A DNA stretch of 64,000 nt from Rubripirellula sp. GTDB taxonomy: Bacteria > Planctomycetota > Planctomycetia > Pirellulales > Pirellulaceae. Position 1 is the first letter of the stretch, and every line of letters begins with the position of its first letter. Both the position numbers and the translations under genes were made by a program. Location of the stretch: contig OZ244207.1 in assembly GCA_965216875.1 (NCBI GenBank), positions 6,119,470 to 6,183,469 of the forward strand, given 5' to 3'. Below, one piece after another: positions 56,021 to 64,000 of this stretch. The notes under the pieces were generated by a model, which was not told the DNA's origin, ran no database searches, and saw only the letters and a list, made by a program, of their open reading frames with translations.

Positions 56021-57292
56021 TTGTCTCGCCTGTTGTTCGTTTCCATTTGTGCGACCGTAGCCGTCGTTTTCACGGCAACCGCTGCGCACTCTCAGGAGGC
56101 GAAACCGGTTGTGATTGCCAACGTGACGGTCGCCGAAGTTCCTTCAGGTCGACGCGTCGTTGGCACGGTGAACCCACGACGCAGTAGCACGATCGGCAGT
56201 GCGATCGATGGCCGCGTCCAAGGTTTACTGGTCGATCAAGGCGACCGGGTTCAAGAGGGCGACGTGCTCTCTCGGCTGCGAACCCAGACGTTGGAAATCG
56301 AACGGTCTGCTGCGAAAGCGGAACTTGACTTGGCCGTCCACCAACTCGCGGAACTTGAAAACGGTGCCCTCCCGGAAGAAATCGCCCAGGCCGAGGCGAA
56401 CATGCGAACCGCGAAAGCGGCACTCAAGAACGCCGAAGGCGACTTGAAACGCATCGAGACCCTTTCCAGTCGCGCGGCCGCCAGCGTGGCCGAACTCGGT
56501 GACGCCCAAGAACAAGCTGACGTCGCCAAGTTCGCTCTCGCCGCCTCCGAAGCATTGTTGAAACGCATCAAAGACGGCGCTCGCATTGAATCGATCCAAC
56601 AAGCCAAAGCGCAGGTCGCACTGCAACAAGAACGTCTCAAACTGATCGAAGACCGCATCAACAAGTCAACAATCACCGCTCCCTTTGATGGCTACATCTC
56701 GGCCGAATTCACGGAGGTGGGTGCATGGATTTCTCAAGGCGATCCCATCGTCGAGATCATTCAGCTTGACGAAGTGGAGATCCAAGCTCCTGTGACGGCC
56801 GAGTCGGTCGTTCACCTTCGCATCGGTGATGTGATCCGCGTCGAGTTCCCCGAGCTGCCCAACGAATTGATCACCGGGACCATCGATCGCATCGTTCCCA
56901 TTGCCACCTCGCGATCGCGAACGTTTCCGGTGATCATCAAACTGGAAAACTCAATTCGCGACGGCACGCCGATGTTGATGGCTGGCATGCTCGCGCGCGT
57001 CGAAATACCGGCCGGCACGCGTGAAGCTTTGCCATTGGTTCCCAAAGACTCGCTGGTCCTCAACGGCAACGATCGCAGCGTGTTTTTGGTTGATCGAAAA
57101 AGCGACGATGAAGTGATCGCCCGGAAGGTGCGCGTCGATCTTGGTGTTGCGGTCGACGATCGCATCCAGGTGCGCGGCGATATCGATGCGGACGACCAAG
57201 TGGTTGTCGCCGGCAATGAACGCCTGCTTCCTGGTGCATCGGTCAAGATCCTTCGAAACGTCGACGGCCAATCGACCGAAGACAACCGATAG
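56021..57292 (+). CDS. RND efflux periplasmic adaptor (membrane fusion protein, HlyD-like)
   Basis: TTG start with signal MSRLLFVSICATVAVVFTATAAHS. Family layout: biotinyl-lipoyl-like GRVQGLLVDQGDRVQEGDVL, a long coiled-coil hairpin, then ITAPFDGYIS. Confidence 0.85.
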   Translation: MSRLLFVSICATVAVVFTATAAHSQEAKPVVIANVTVAEVPSGRRVVGTVNPRRSSTIGSAIDGRVQGLLVDQGDRVQEGDVLSRLRTQTLEIERSAAKAELDLAVHQLAELENGALPEEIAQAEANMRTAKAALKNAEGDLKRIETLSSRAAASVAELGDAQEQADVAKFALAASEALLKRIKDGARIESIQQAKAQVALQQERLKLIEDRINKSTITAPFDGYISAEFTEVGAWISQGDPIVEIIQLDEVEIQAPVTAESVVHLRIGDVIRVEFPELPNELITGTIDRIVPIATSRSRTFPVIIKLENSIRDGTPMLMAGMLARVEIPAGTREALPLVPKDSLVLNGNDRSVFLVDRKSDDEVIARKVRVDLGVAVDDRIQVRGDIDADDQVVVAGNERLLPGASVKILRNVDGQSTEDNR

Positions 57293-57332
57293 CCGCGTTT
57301 TCCACCCCGTCGCCCTCCACGTCCCACCAACG

Positions 57333-60300
57333 ATGAAACTGTTCGAGACCTTCATTCGAAACCCGGTCAAGGTCTCGGTGTGCGTTTTGATCGTCGTGCT
57401 GTTCGGGTCGATCTCATTGGTGACGATGCCCAAGCAGCTCATTCCGGGCGTGCAGAATCCGATTCTGTCCGTCGAAACGAGTTGGCCCGGCGCAAGCCCT
57501 CAAGAGATCGAACGTGAGATCATCCAAGAGCAAGAAGAACAGCTCGCGGCAGTTCAAGGGCTCGTCAAAATGACATCGCGATGTCGAGACTCGCGCGCCG
57601 ACATCACGCTTGAATTCGCCGTCGGGACCGACATCGAAGACGCGATGATGCGCGTCAACACACGTCTACAACAGGTACGTGAATACCCGATCAACGCTCG
57701 TGAGCCGGTGATCGAAGCGTCGGATGTGTCGGACAGTCCCATCGCCCGTTTCGCCTTGACCGCTCGACCACCCTCGCGCGAAAAGATTGCTGCGTTTCAA
57801 CAGGAACATCCTGAACTTGCCGAAGCACTCACCCCGTCACTAACGGCGATCAATACGGGATTGCGCGTCTACCGACTGCAGCGTCTCTATGACGAACTTG
57901 GAAGCGACCATCCCGAGCTCAAAGAACTGCTGCCGCCCGAAGTCGATCTCCAAGAAGTGCGCAAGCTTTCAGAAGACTTGATTGAACCGCATTTTGAACG
58001 CGTCCCCGGTGTTGCCGAGGCCGACACCTACGGCGGCCAAGACGAAGAACTTCAAGTCATTGTCGATCCCGAGCGTCTGGCGTCGCGCCAATTGACGATC
58101 GAGGATGTCCGTGTCGCCCTCGGTGGCCAAAACAAAGACACTTCAGGCGGCAATCTCTGGGAAGGCAAACGACGTTGGGTGATTCGAACACTCGGCCAAT
58201 TCCGCGACCCCGAGCATGTGCGATTGCAAGTCCTGGCTACGACGGACGACGGAACGCCGATCTATGTTGGCGATGTTGCCGAAGTCCAAGTCGCCTACAA
58301 GAAACTCGACAGCCTCTCTCGGCGCTATGGCTTGACCAGTAACGGACTCAGTATTCGCCGCGCGTCGGGTGCAAACGTTCTTGAAGTGATGCAGGGTGTT
58401 CGTAGAGCAACCGACCAACTGAACAATGGTCTGCTCAAACGACTCGACCTGGAACTGTTCCAGTATTACGACGAAACCGAATACATCGAATCGGCGATCG
58501 GTCTCGTCCAACAAAACATCTTTGTCGGCGGAGCGCTCACGATCATCGTGTTGTTGCTCTTTCTTCACCTCGGTCGTCGAACCTTGTTGGCCGTTCCGCT
58601 GATCGCGTTTTGCGCCGTCGCATCGATCCTCGTTTCGCCTTGGTTCTTCGTTCTCACTCTCACCCTAACTCTGGTCGCAGGTTTTTGGTTTGGCCGCGGT
58701 GCATTGGTCGTCGGACTAGCGATCCCAGTCAGTATTGTCGGAACGTTCTTGATGCTCGGCTTGATGGGGCGGTCGCTCAATGTGATCAGCCTCGCGGGAC
58801 TCGCGTTCGCTGTTGGGATGCTTGTTGATAACGCGGTCGTCGTATTGGAAAACATTTACCGTCATCGCCAGATGGGCGATTCGGCCTTGAATTCCGCCAT
58901 CGCGGGTGTCTCGGAAGTTGCCGGCGCCGTCGTTGCCTCGACGTTGACCACCATCGCGGTATTCATTCCCGTTTTGTTTGTCGAAGAAACCTCGGGCCAA
59001 CTCTTCCGCGACATCGCATTGGCAATCAGCTGTGCGGTCAGCCTTTCGCTGCTTGTCTCATTTACGGTCATCCCCACCGCCAGCGCCCGCTTGTTCCAAA
59101 AAATGAACAGCCAAGATTCTTCGGACAGGTCGGCGCCAAGCAAGCCCGTTCAATGGATCGGTGGCGCAGCTGAGCGGTTTGTTGAAGGGATTTATCAAAC
59201 CAATCGCTGGGTGGTATCGCGTCGTTTGCGATGCTTCTTTCTGATCGTTGGAATGGTTACTGTCTCGGTTGGCGCGACCGCACTGCTTTGGCCGCGAGTC
59301 GAATACCTGCCGACGGGGAATCGCAACTTTGTCTTCTGCAGCCTGTCGCCTCCGCCGGGCTACAACATGCAAGAGTTGACCGAAATGGGCAAAAAGGTCG
59401 AAGCCGACTTGGAGCCCTATTGGAATGTCGATCCCGGCAGTCCTGAAGCCGCCGAACTCGAGTACCCCGCAATCGACTACTACTTCTACGCCGTGCGCGG
59501 AACGTCGGTCTTTATGGGTTTTCGGACGGTCGATGAGACGAGGATTCGCGAACTGATCCCTTTGGTCAAAGCAACCGGATCGCAGTTCCCTGGCACGCGC
59601 GCGATCGCCAAACAATCGAGCCTGTTTGAACGGGGACTGACAAGCGGAAGAACGATCGACATCGAGATCACCGGTGGCGACCTCGACAAACTGATCGCCA
59701 TTGGTCAACGCGTGATCGACGACGTCAAACGTTTGATCCCCGAAGCTCAAGCGATGCCCCAACCGAGCTTGGACCTATCAAGCCCCGAGATTCATGTCAC
59801 ACCCAAACTCGTCGAATCGTCCGAGATGGGCATCAGTGCTTCCGAATTGGGTTACACCGTCGACGCGTTGGTCGATGGTGCCTACGCAGGCGACTACTTT
59901 GTCGCTGGCGACAAGATCGACTTGACGATCATTGGCAAGGACGCGTTCGACCGACGCACTCAAGATCTCTTGTCGATTCCAGTGGCAACGCGTTCGGGCG
60001 AAACGGTGCCGCTTTCGGCGCTGGCAAGCATCAAGTACAGCAGCGGTCCCGAAGCGATCTACCGCCGGGAAAAACTCCGTGCGATCACGATCTCGGTCAC
60101 CCCACCGATCGAGATGCCGCTCGAGGAAGCAATGTTGGTCATCAGCGGCGAGATCGTCGAAGCGCTGCATGACGATGGTTCGCTCGATGGGGAAACAATG
60201 ATCGCACTGTCGGGAACGGCCGATAAGTTGCGTCAAGCGTGGGAAGCACTTCGTTGGAACTTGCTGCTCGCGCTGGTGATCACTTATCTGTTGATGGCCG

Positions 60301-60779
60301 CACTTTTCGAGTCGTGGATCTATCCGCTGGTGATTCTGTTTAGTGTCCCGTTGGGTTCGGTCGGTGGCGTGCTCGGTTTGTGGGTATTGAACCTGTTTAT
60401 CTTTCAAGCACTCGACGTGATCACGATGCTTGGCTTCGTGATTCTGATCGGCACCGTGGTCAACAATGCCATCTTGATCGTTCACCAATCGCTCCATCTG
60501 ATGCGCAGCGGAACGCCGCCGCGACAAGCCGTTCCCGATAGCGTTCGCACGCGAATTCGGCCGATCTTTATTACCACGTCGACAACGGTATTGGGACTGT
60601 TGCCGCTGGTGATCTTCCCGGGGGCCGGCAGTGAACTTTATCGAGGCCTCGGCGCGGTTGTCCTCGGCGGCCTCTTGATTTCGACCCTATTCACCCTCTT
60701 CCTCGTCCCCGCCGTCTTCGTCCTCACGATGGACGTTGTCAAACGGGGCCAAGCACTTATCGCGCCGACGAGCGAATAA
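57333..60779 (+). CDS. RND efflux transporter permease (AcrB/CzcA superfamily)
   Basis: ATG at 57333 (MKLFETFIRNPVKVSVCVLIVVLFGSISLVTMP). It has two large periplasmic loops and 12-TM-like hydrophobic blocks, including the conserved GLAFAVGMLVDNAVVVLENI and MLGFVILIGTVVNNAILIV. Confidence 0.9.
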   Translation: MKLFETFIRNPVKVSVCVLIVVLFGSISLVTMPKQLIPGVQNPILSVETSWPGASPQEIEREIIQEQEEQLAAVQGLVKMTSRCRDSRADITLEFAVGTDIEDAMMRVNTRLQQVREYPINAREPVIEASDVSDSPIARFALTARPPSREKIAAFQQEHPELAEALTPSLTAINTGLRVYRLQRLYDELGSDHPELKELLPPEVDLQEVRKLSEDLIEPHFERVPGVAEADTYGGQDEELQVIVDPERLASRQLTIEDVRVALGGQNKDTSGGNLWEGKRRWVIRTLGQFRDPEHVRLQVLATTDDGTPIYVGDVAEVQVAYKKLDSLSRRYGLTSNGLSIRRASGANVLEVMQGVRRATDQLNNGLLKRLDLELFQYYDETEYIESAIGLVQQNIFVGGALTIIVLLLFLHLGRRTLLAVPLIAFCAVASILVSPWFFVLTLTLTLVAGFWFGRGALVVGLAIPVSIVGTFLMLGLMGRSLNVISLAGLAFAVGMLVDNAVVVLENIYRHRQMGDSALNSAIAGVSEVAGAVVASTLTTIAVFIPVLFVEETSGQLFRDIALAISCAVSLSLLVSFTVIPTASARLFQKMNSQDSSDRSAPSKPVQWIGGAAERFVEGIYQTNRWVVSRRLRCFFLIVGMVTVSVGATALLWPRVEYLPTGNRNFVFCSLSPPPGYNMQELTEMGKKVEADLEPYWNVDPGSPEAAELEYPAIDYYFYAVRGTSVFMGFRTVDETRIRELIPLVKATGSQFPGTRAIAKQSSLFERGLTSGRTIDIEITGGDLDKLIAIGQRVIDDVKRLIPEAQAMPQPSLDLSSPEIHVTPKLVESSEMGISASELGYTVDALVDGAYAGDYFVAGDKIDLTIIGKDAFDRRTQDLLSIPVATRSGETVPLSALASIKYSSGPEAIYRREKLRAITISVTPPIEMPLEEAMLVISGEIVEALHDDGSLDGETMIALSGTADKLRQAWEALRWNLLLALVITYLLMAALFESWIYPLVILFSVPLGSVGGVLGLWVLNLFIFQALDVITMLGFVILIGTVVNNAILIVHQSLHLMRSGTPPRQAVPDSVRTRIRPIFITTSTTVLGLLPLVIFPGAGSELYRGLGAVVLGGLLISTLFTLFLVPAVFVLTMDVVKRGQALIAPTSE

Positions 60780-61464
60780 GACGAATGGCAACCGCGGTGT
60801 TCCAGAGCGTTTGCATGGCGACAAAGGCGATCATGCCGGAGTGAGTCGCTTCGAGGTTTCCCGAGGCGACGCCGCCCATGCCAATCACGGCAACCACCAT
60901 TCCGATCGCGGCGGTCATTCGCATCGGAGTCGTCTGGCGCAGCATGCTGACGGACCAGAACAGAATTCCCAGCGACATACTGAGCACGCCCATCAACGCC
61001 ATGACTCGAAGGATGTCGAGCAAGACGTGGCCGATGGCGTGTGCAAAGTCATCGTTGCCAGCGTCGCTCAATTCCTCGACAACACCCCAGTAGACAAAAC
61101 CGTCGATTGTCGCTGCGACGATCATGCACAGACCGCCGAACACATAGGTGATCGTTCCGGCACGGACGCACAATCGACTGCTGCCCATCAAACTTGCCAG
61201 ATAGCTTGTCGATAACACGAATGTCGCGATCACCACCACCAACGTGCCGTGCACGAGCGCGTTGAGATGATGCATAAAACGGGTTGCATGAGCCGCATCC
61301 CCAAACATCTCATGTTCATGCTGGAGCCCGTCGGCGGTGGGATGATGCAGAATCCCGACAACCGAAATGAGCGACGCCACAACGAGTAAAATGCCGGCGA
61401 TCCGCATGTCGCTGCCACGTTGTTTTTCGGTACTGTCGATGTTCGAATCAATTTGCGTCATCAC
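60757..61464 (-). CDS. Hypothetical His-rich integral membrane protein (about 6 TM segments)
   Basis: Multiple hydrophobic helices are present. His clusters: HHPTADGLQHEHEMFGDAAHATRFMHH. The 3' end overlaps the RND gene convergently by 23 nt. Confidence 0.65.
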   Translation of the reverse strand: MMTQIDSNIDSTEKQRGSDMRIAGILLVVASLISVVGILHHPTADGLQHEHEMFGDAAHATRFMHHLNALVHGTLVVVIATFVLSTSYLASLMGSSRLCVRAGTITYVFGGLCMIVAATIDGFVYWGVVEELSDAGNDDFAHAIGHVLLDILRVMALMGVLSMSLGILFWSVSMLRQTTPMRMTAAIGMVVAVIGMGGVASGNLEATHSGMIAFVAMQTLWNTAVAIRLIRSSAR

Positions 61465-61612
61465 GCTTCCTTCTCAGTTCTCAATAAGGTTCAATTGCAG
61501 TGCGGCATGATCACGAAAACCAACGACAACGCTCAACCTGCATCGGGCTCTCGGGAGTGATTTCGGACAGAATCGAGAATGTGTCCGATTTCGACATCAA
61601 CCACCGCCAGCC

Positions 61613-62143
61613 ATGACTGAACAGAAGAAATCAAAGGCCCGGCAAGCACTCGCCGAGGCGTTTCGCGAGCTCGTCGTCACGCGCGATTACAACGACTTCC
61701 ACGTCGCCGACATCATCTCGCAGGCAGATGTGAGTCGTTCGACTTTTTACGAACACTATCGAAACAAAGACGACATCCTTCGCGAGTCGCTCGCGGTTGT
61801 GATTGACGCACTTTCAGGAGTCGGATTCGATGACGGCACCGATCGCGAAACGCTTGCCTTTTGGATGAACCACTTCCGCGACGTCAAAGAAGTTGCCGTG
61901 GTCTTTTTCAAATCGGACGTCAGCGAAATCGTGGTGAAGATGTTGGCGGAATCCATCGCGGATCGACTCGACCAGCACGGCCGAACAGGCTCCGTGCCGC
62001 ACAAGCTCCTTGCCTTGCAGGTCGCCCATTCAACCATCGGGTTCATTCGAGCGTGGCTCACCCAATTCAATGAAATTGCCGGCGAAACAGCAACGGATCA
62101 ACTACTTACTTCGACGCGTCTGCTCATCAACACTCAGGACTAG
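61613..62143 (+). CDS. TetR/AcrR-family transcriptional regulator
   Basis: N-terminal HTH: FHVADIISQADVSRSTFYEHYRNKDDIL. Confidence 0.85.
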   Translation: MTEQKKSKARQALAEAFRELVVTRDYNDFHVADIISQADVSRSTFYEHYRNKDDILRESLAVVIDALSGVGFDDGTDRETLAFWMNHFRDVKEVAVVFFKSDVSEIVVKMLAESIADRLDQHGRTGSVPHKLLALQVAHSTIGFIRAWLTQFNEIAGETATDQLLTSTRLLINTQD

Positions 62144-62145
62144 CC

Positions 62146-62628
62146 ATGCGTACCGCGACAACCGCAAACGACGTCGACCAGATCGCCCACTGCATTGCCA
62201 ATCTTGTTCGATTTGTGCAGCAGCAGGACGCAGGGTGCATCGATCCCTACGCGATGGGTCTCTCAACCGAGGCCCACGAGTACGCGGCCAAATACATCAA
62301 TAGCGACGACGCCTTTGCGTTGGTCGAAGAAAGGGACGAGCGCGTCGTCGCCTGCCTTGCCGCGCGGATCACCGAAACATCTTTTCCGCCGAGCAGCATC
62401 GGTTTAGTCGGCATGATCGATGTTTGTTGGGTCGACCAAGATCACCGCCAAAAGGGAATTGGTAAACGAATGCTTCGTGAAGCGGAAAACCGATTTCGCG
62501 TGTCAGGTGTCAAACACATCGAACTCTCCTACTTGGCAAGCAACGGCATTGCCGAGAAAGCATGGCACGGCCTCGGTTTCAAACCGTTTCGCATCTTCGC
62601 GTTCAAGGAGATCCCAAGTGAGCCGTGA
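62146..62628 (+). CDS. GNAT-family N-acetyltransferase
   Basis: Acetyl-CoA motif A: VDQDHRQKGIGKRMLREAENRF. The ATG lies 2 nt after the TetR stop. Confidence 0.8.
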   Translation: MRTATTANDVDQIAHCIANLVRFVQQQDAGCIDPYAMGLSTEAHEYAAKYINSDDAFALVEERDERVVACLAARITETSFPPSSIGLVGMIDVCWVDQDHRQKGIGKRMLREAENRFRVSGVKHIELSYLASNGIAEKAWHGLGFKPFRIFAFKEIPSEP

Positions 62629-62658
62629 CTCACGTCAGCGGCGCATTGGCTGCTGTTG

Positions 62659-62688
62659 GTAGTACCGAGCTTTAGCCGGAGTCTTCTC
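62659..62688. repeat. Module C copy
   Basis: TACCGAGCTTTAGCCGGAGTCTTCTC at 62663-62688 has one mismatch to 55755-55780. Confidence 0.9.
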
Positions 62689-62932
62689 AAATTCCACTCT
62701 TCTTGAACTGCATGTTTTTGCCAGCTCTCTTCAATCTGTCCCAGGCTATGATCACAAGCTGAACCTTTTGTGTGTCTTCTCGTGTTTCTCGTGGCCCATC
62801 GACTACCCGGAAACCCCGTGAGCGCGCCGCTCCTGAGGAGTCGAAACCGCGACAGCTCGGCGGGAGCCTCGCCCTCCCATCTTTCAAAGACAAGCTGGGG
62901 GACAGACCACCAAGGCTGAGCGTAGCGCGTCT

Positions 62933-63208
62933 GTGGGCGCTGAGCGATGGGAATACGGATCCTTGTGGCGATGGCTTCAGAAACCGGAACCCGATCCTCC
63001 GCTGCTATCGTCATGGCCCATCCTTCGCTCACCCGAATGGGTCGCGCGCGTCAACGATCCGCTTACCGATAAGGAGCGTGAAGCTATTCGGACCAGTGTC
63101 CAACGAGAGCGTCCGTTCGGAGACGCTACTTGGACAGAAGCGATTGCTGGTCGGCTCGGTCTGTGGTCCACGATCCGACCTCGCGTAAGACCCCGCAAGC
63201 ACTTCTAG
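62933..63208 (+). pseudogene. 3' remnant of an IS200/Y1-transposase-like (RAYT-type) gene common in planctomycetes
   Basis: The encoded AERWEYGSLWRWLQ..PPLLSSWPILRSPEWVARVNDPLTDKEREAIRTSVQRERPFGDATWTEAIAGRLGLWSTIRPRVRPRKHF matches, from memory, the C-terminal tail of that family (W.WSSL...VN.P.TE.ELE.LR.SV.RG.PFG...W....A..LGLE.T.RPRGRPRK). The catalytic N-terminal domain is absent. The frame has a TGA at 62834-62836 and the upstream sequence is not family-like. Confidence 0.6.
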
Positions 63209-64000
63209 CCAAAAAAGACCCCCGCCCCTATTCTTCTGTACTTATTCAACGCGAAGTCGCAAGGGCGCTCGGGGGATTCGCTTGGAGATCTCGTTGCCCA
63301 ACTTTGCGTACTTGGTTTTAATAAGTTGTTCACGACACGATGAATTCCGTCTTTCACTTGCCTGTTCGCTAGAACGAATCGCTAGCCCCAGCTTCAGTTT
63401 CTTTCGTCGCAAGAAACGCTATTCGTTATGCGTTCTTCTCTTTGCGTCATTGCGCCCTCGCGCCTCTGCGTTTTCGCAGCCGTAAACGCCACCAAAAAAC
63501 TTGTTCTACCTTGTTAAAGGTTGGTGGAAGCCTTCGCCGCGATGTGAAAGGCTTCGCCGGGGTCAGGCCTTGTGTTCCAACAAGACGGCGCGATGGAGGG
63601 TTGGCAAGAAGTACAGGAAAGAGAGACAGAAAAATGGGGGACAAAAGATGGGGTTGCTTCAAGACCTGTCACCTAGCGTGGCATTCGAATGCGTTGGCAA
63701 AAAGATGTGCGGCAGAAAGATGAAGACGGGTCATCGTCACTTTATGAGAACAGTAGATGAGCTTGGATAAACACTTACACATCATCTGCGTTCATTCGTG
63801 TGTATCTACGGTTCCTCTCGAGAGCCTTGAAGCATCATGGCGACTCCCCATCCTGTGCCTATTGGAGATTATCACGAACGAGCCGGATCACACGATTGAA
63901 GAATCGACAATGCGTTCGCAACGTAGCACGTCGTTTTGTGGCCGGTTCGGGTTCGCCACGCATCTCACGAGCGACAAAGTGAGAGAAGCAGTCTAACGGG

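Noticed and set aside
62708-62932. Could the region upstream of the transposase remnant, in the same frame (LHVFASSLQSVPGYDHKLNLL...), be the decayed catalytic domain?
   Set aside because: The spacing to the W.YGSL motif is too long, and apart from an HVF tripeptide I cannot align it to the HVWQGRF...YVERNP core. I treat it as non-homologous until a profile search says otherwise.

Overview
This 64-kb window is high-GC chromosomal DNA. Its gene content points to Planctomycetota, probably Pirellulaceae-like; that assignment is an inference from family content, not a search result. Supporting families include a DUF1559/H-X9-DG prepilin-like protein, a PSCyt1-DUF1549-DUF1553 giant plus DUF1501 pair, two Cys-type sulfatases, tandem CRTAC1-like lipoproteins, a TAT-signal Gfo/Idh/MocA oxidoreductase, a PEP-CTERM protein, and giant TPR, vWA and M48 envelope proteins. 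I support about 46 CDS and one tRNA, Arg(CCT). Housekeeping and regulatory genes include thiE, two thioredoxin-fold proteins, a DegT-type aminotransferase, two histidine kinases, a NarL-type response regulator, AraC-PAS, ArsR+SRPBCC, TetR+GNAT and an RND efflux pair. I see no rRNA, CRISPR array, intact mobile element, prophage or recognisable defence system. The most unusual content is non-coding. (1) Nine copies of the word GGGGACAGGCAT, in both orientations, sit within 250 bp upstream of a porin gene (1126-1374) and form two perfect hairpins. (2) A second family of 17-27 nt hairpin-forming modules is shuffled into mosaics at six intergenic sites (7.6, 19.3, 40.1, 52.1, 55.6 and 62.7 kb). It includes a perfect 27-bp head-to-head inverted repeat. 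(3) A 3' remnant of an IS200/Y1-transposase-like (RAYT-type) gene lies about 250 bp from one of these modules. Two regulator genes (ArsR, AraC) have consensus-like -35/-10 boxes so close to the ATG that leaderless mRNAs are implied. All product calls come from motif recognition by eye, with no database search. Many start codons were re-picked from signal peptides, SD-like sequences or ATGA overlaps and are less certain than the stops.
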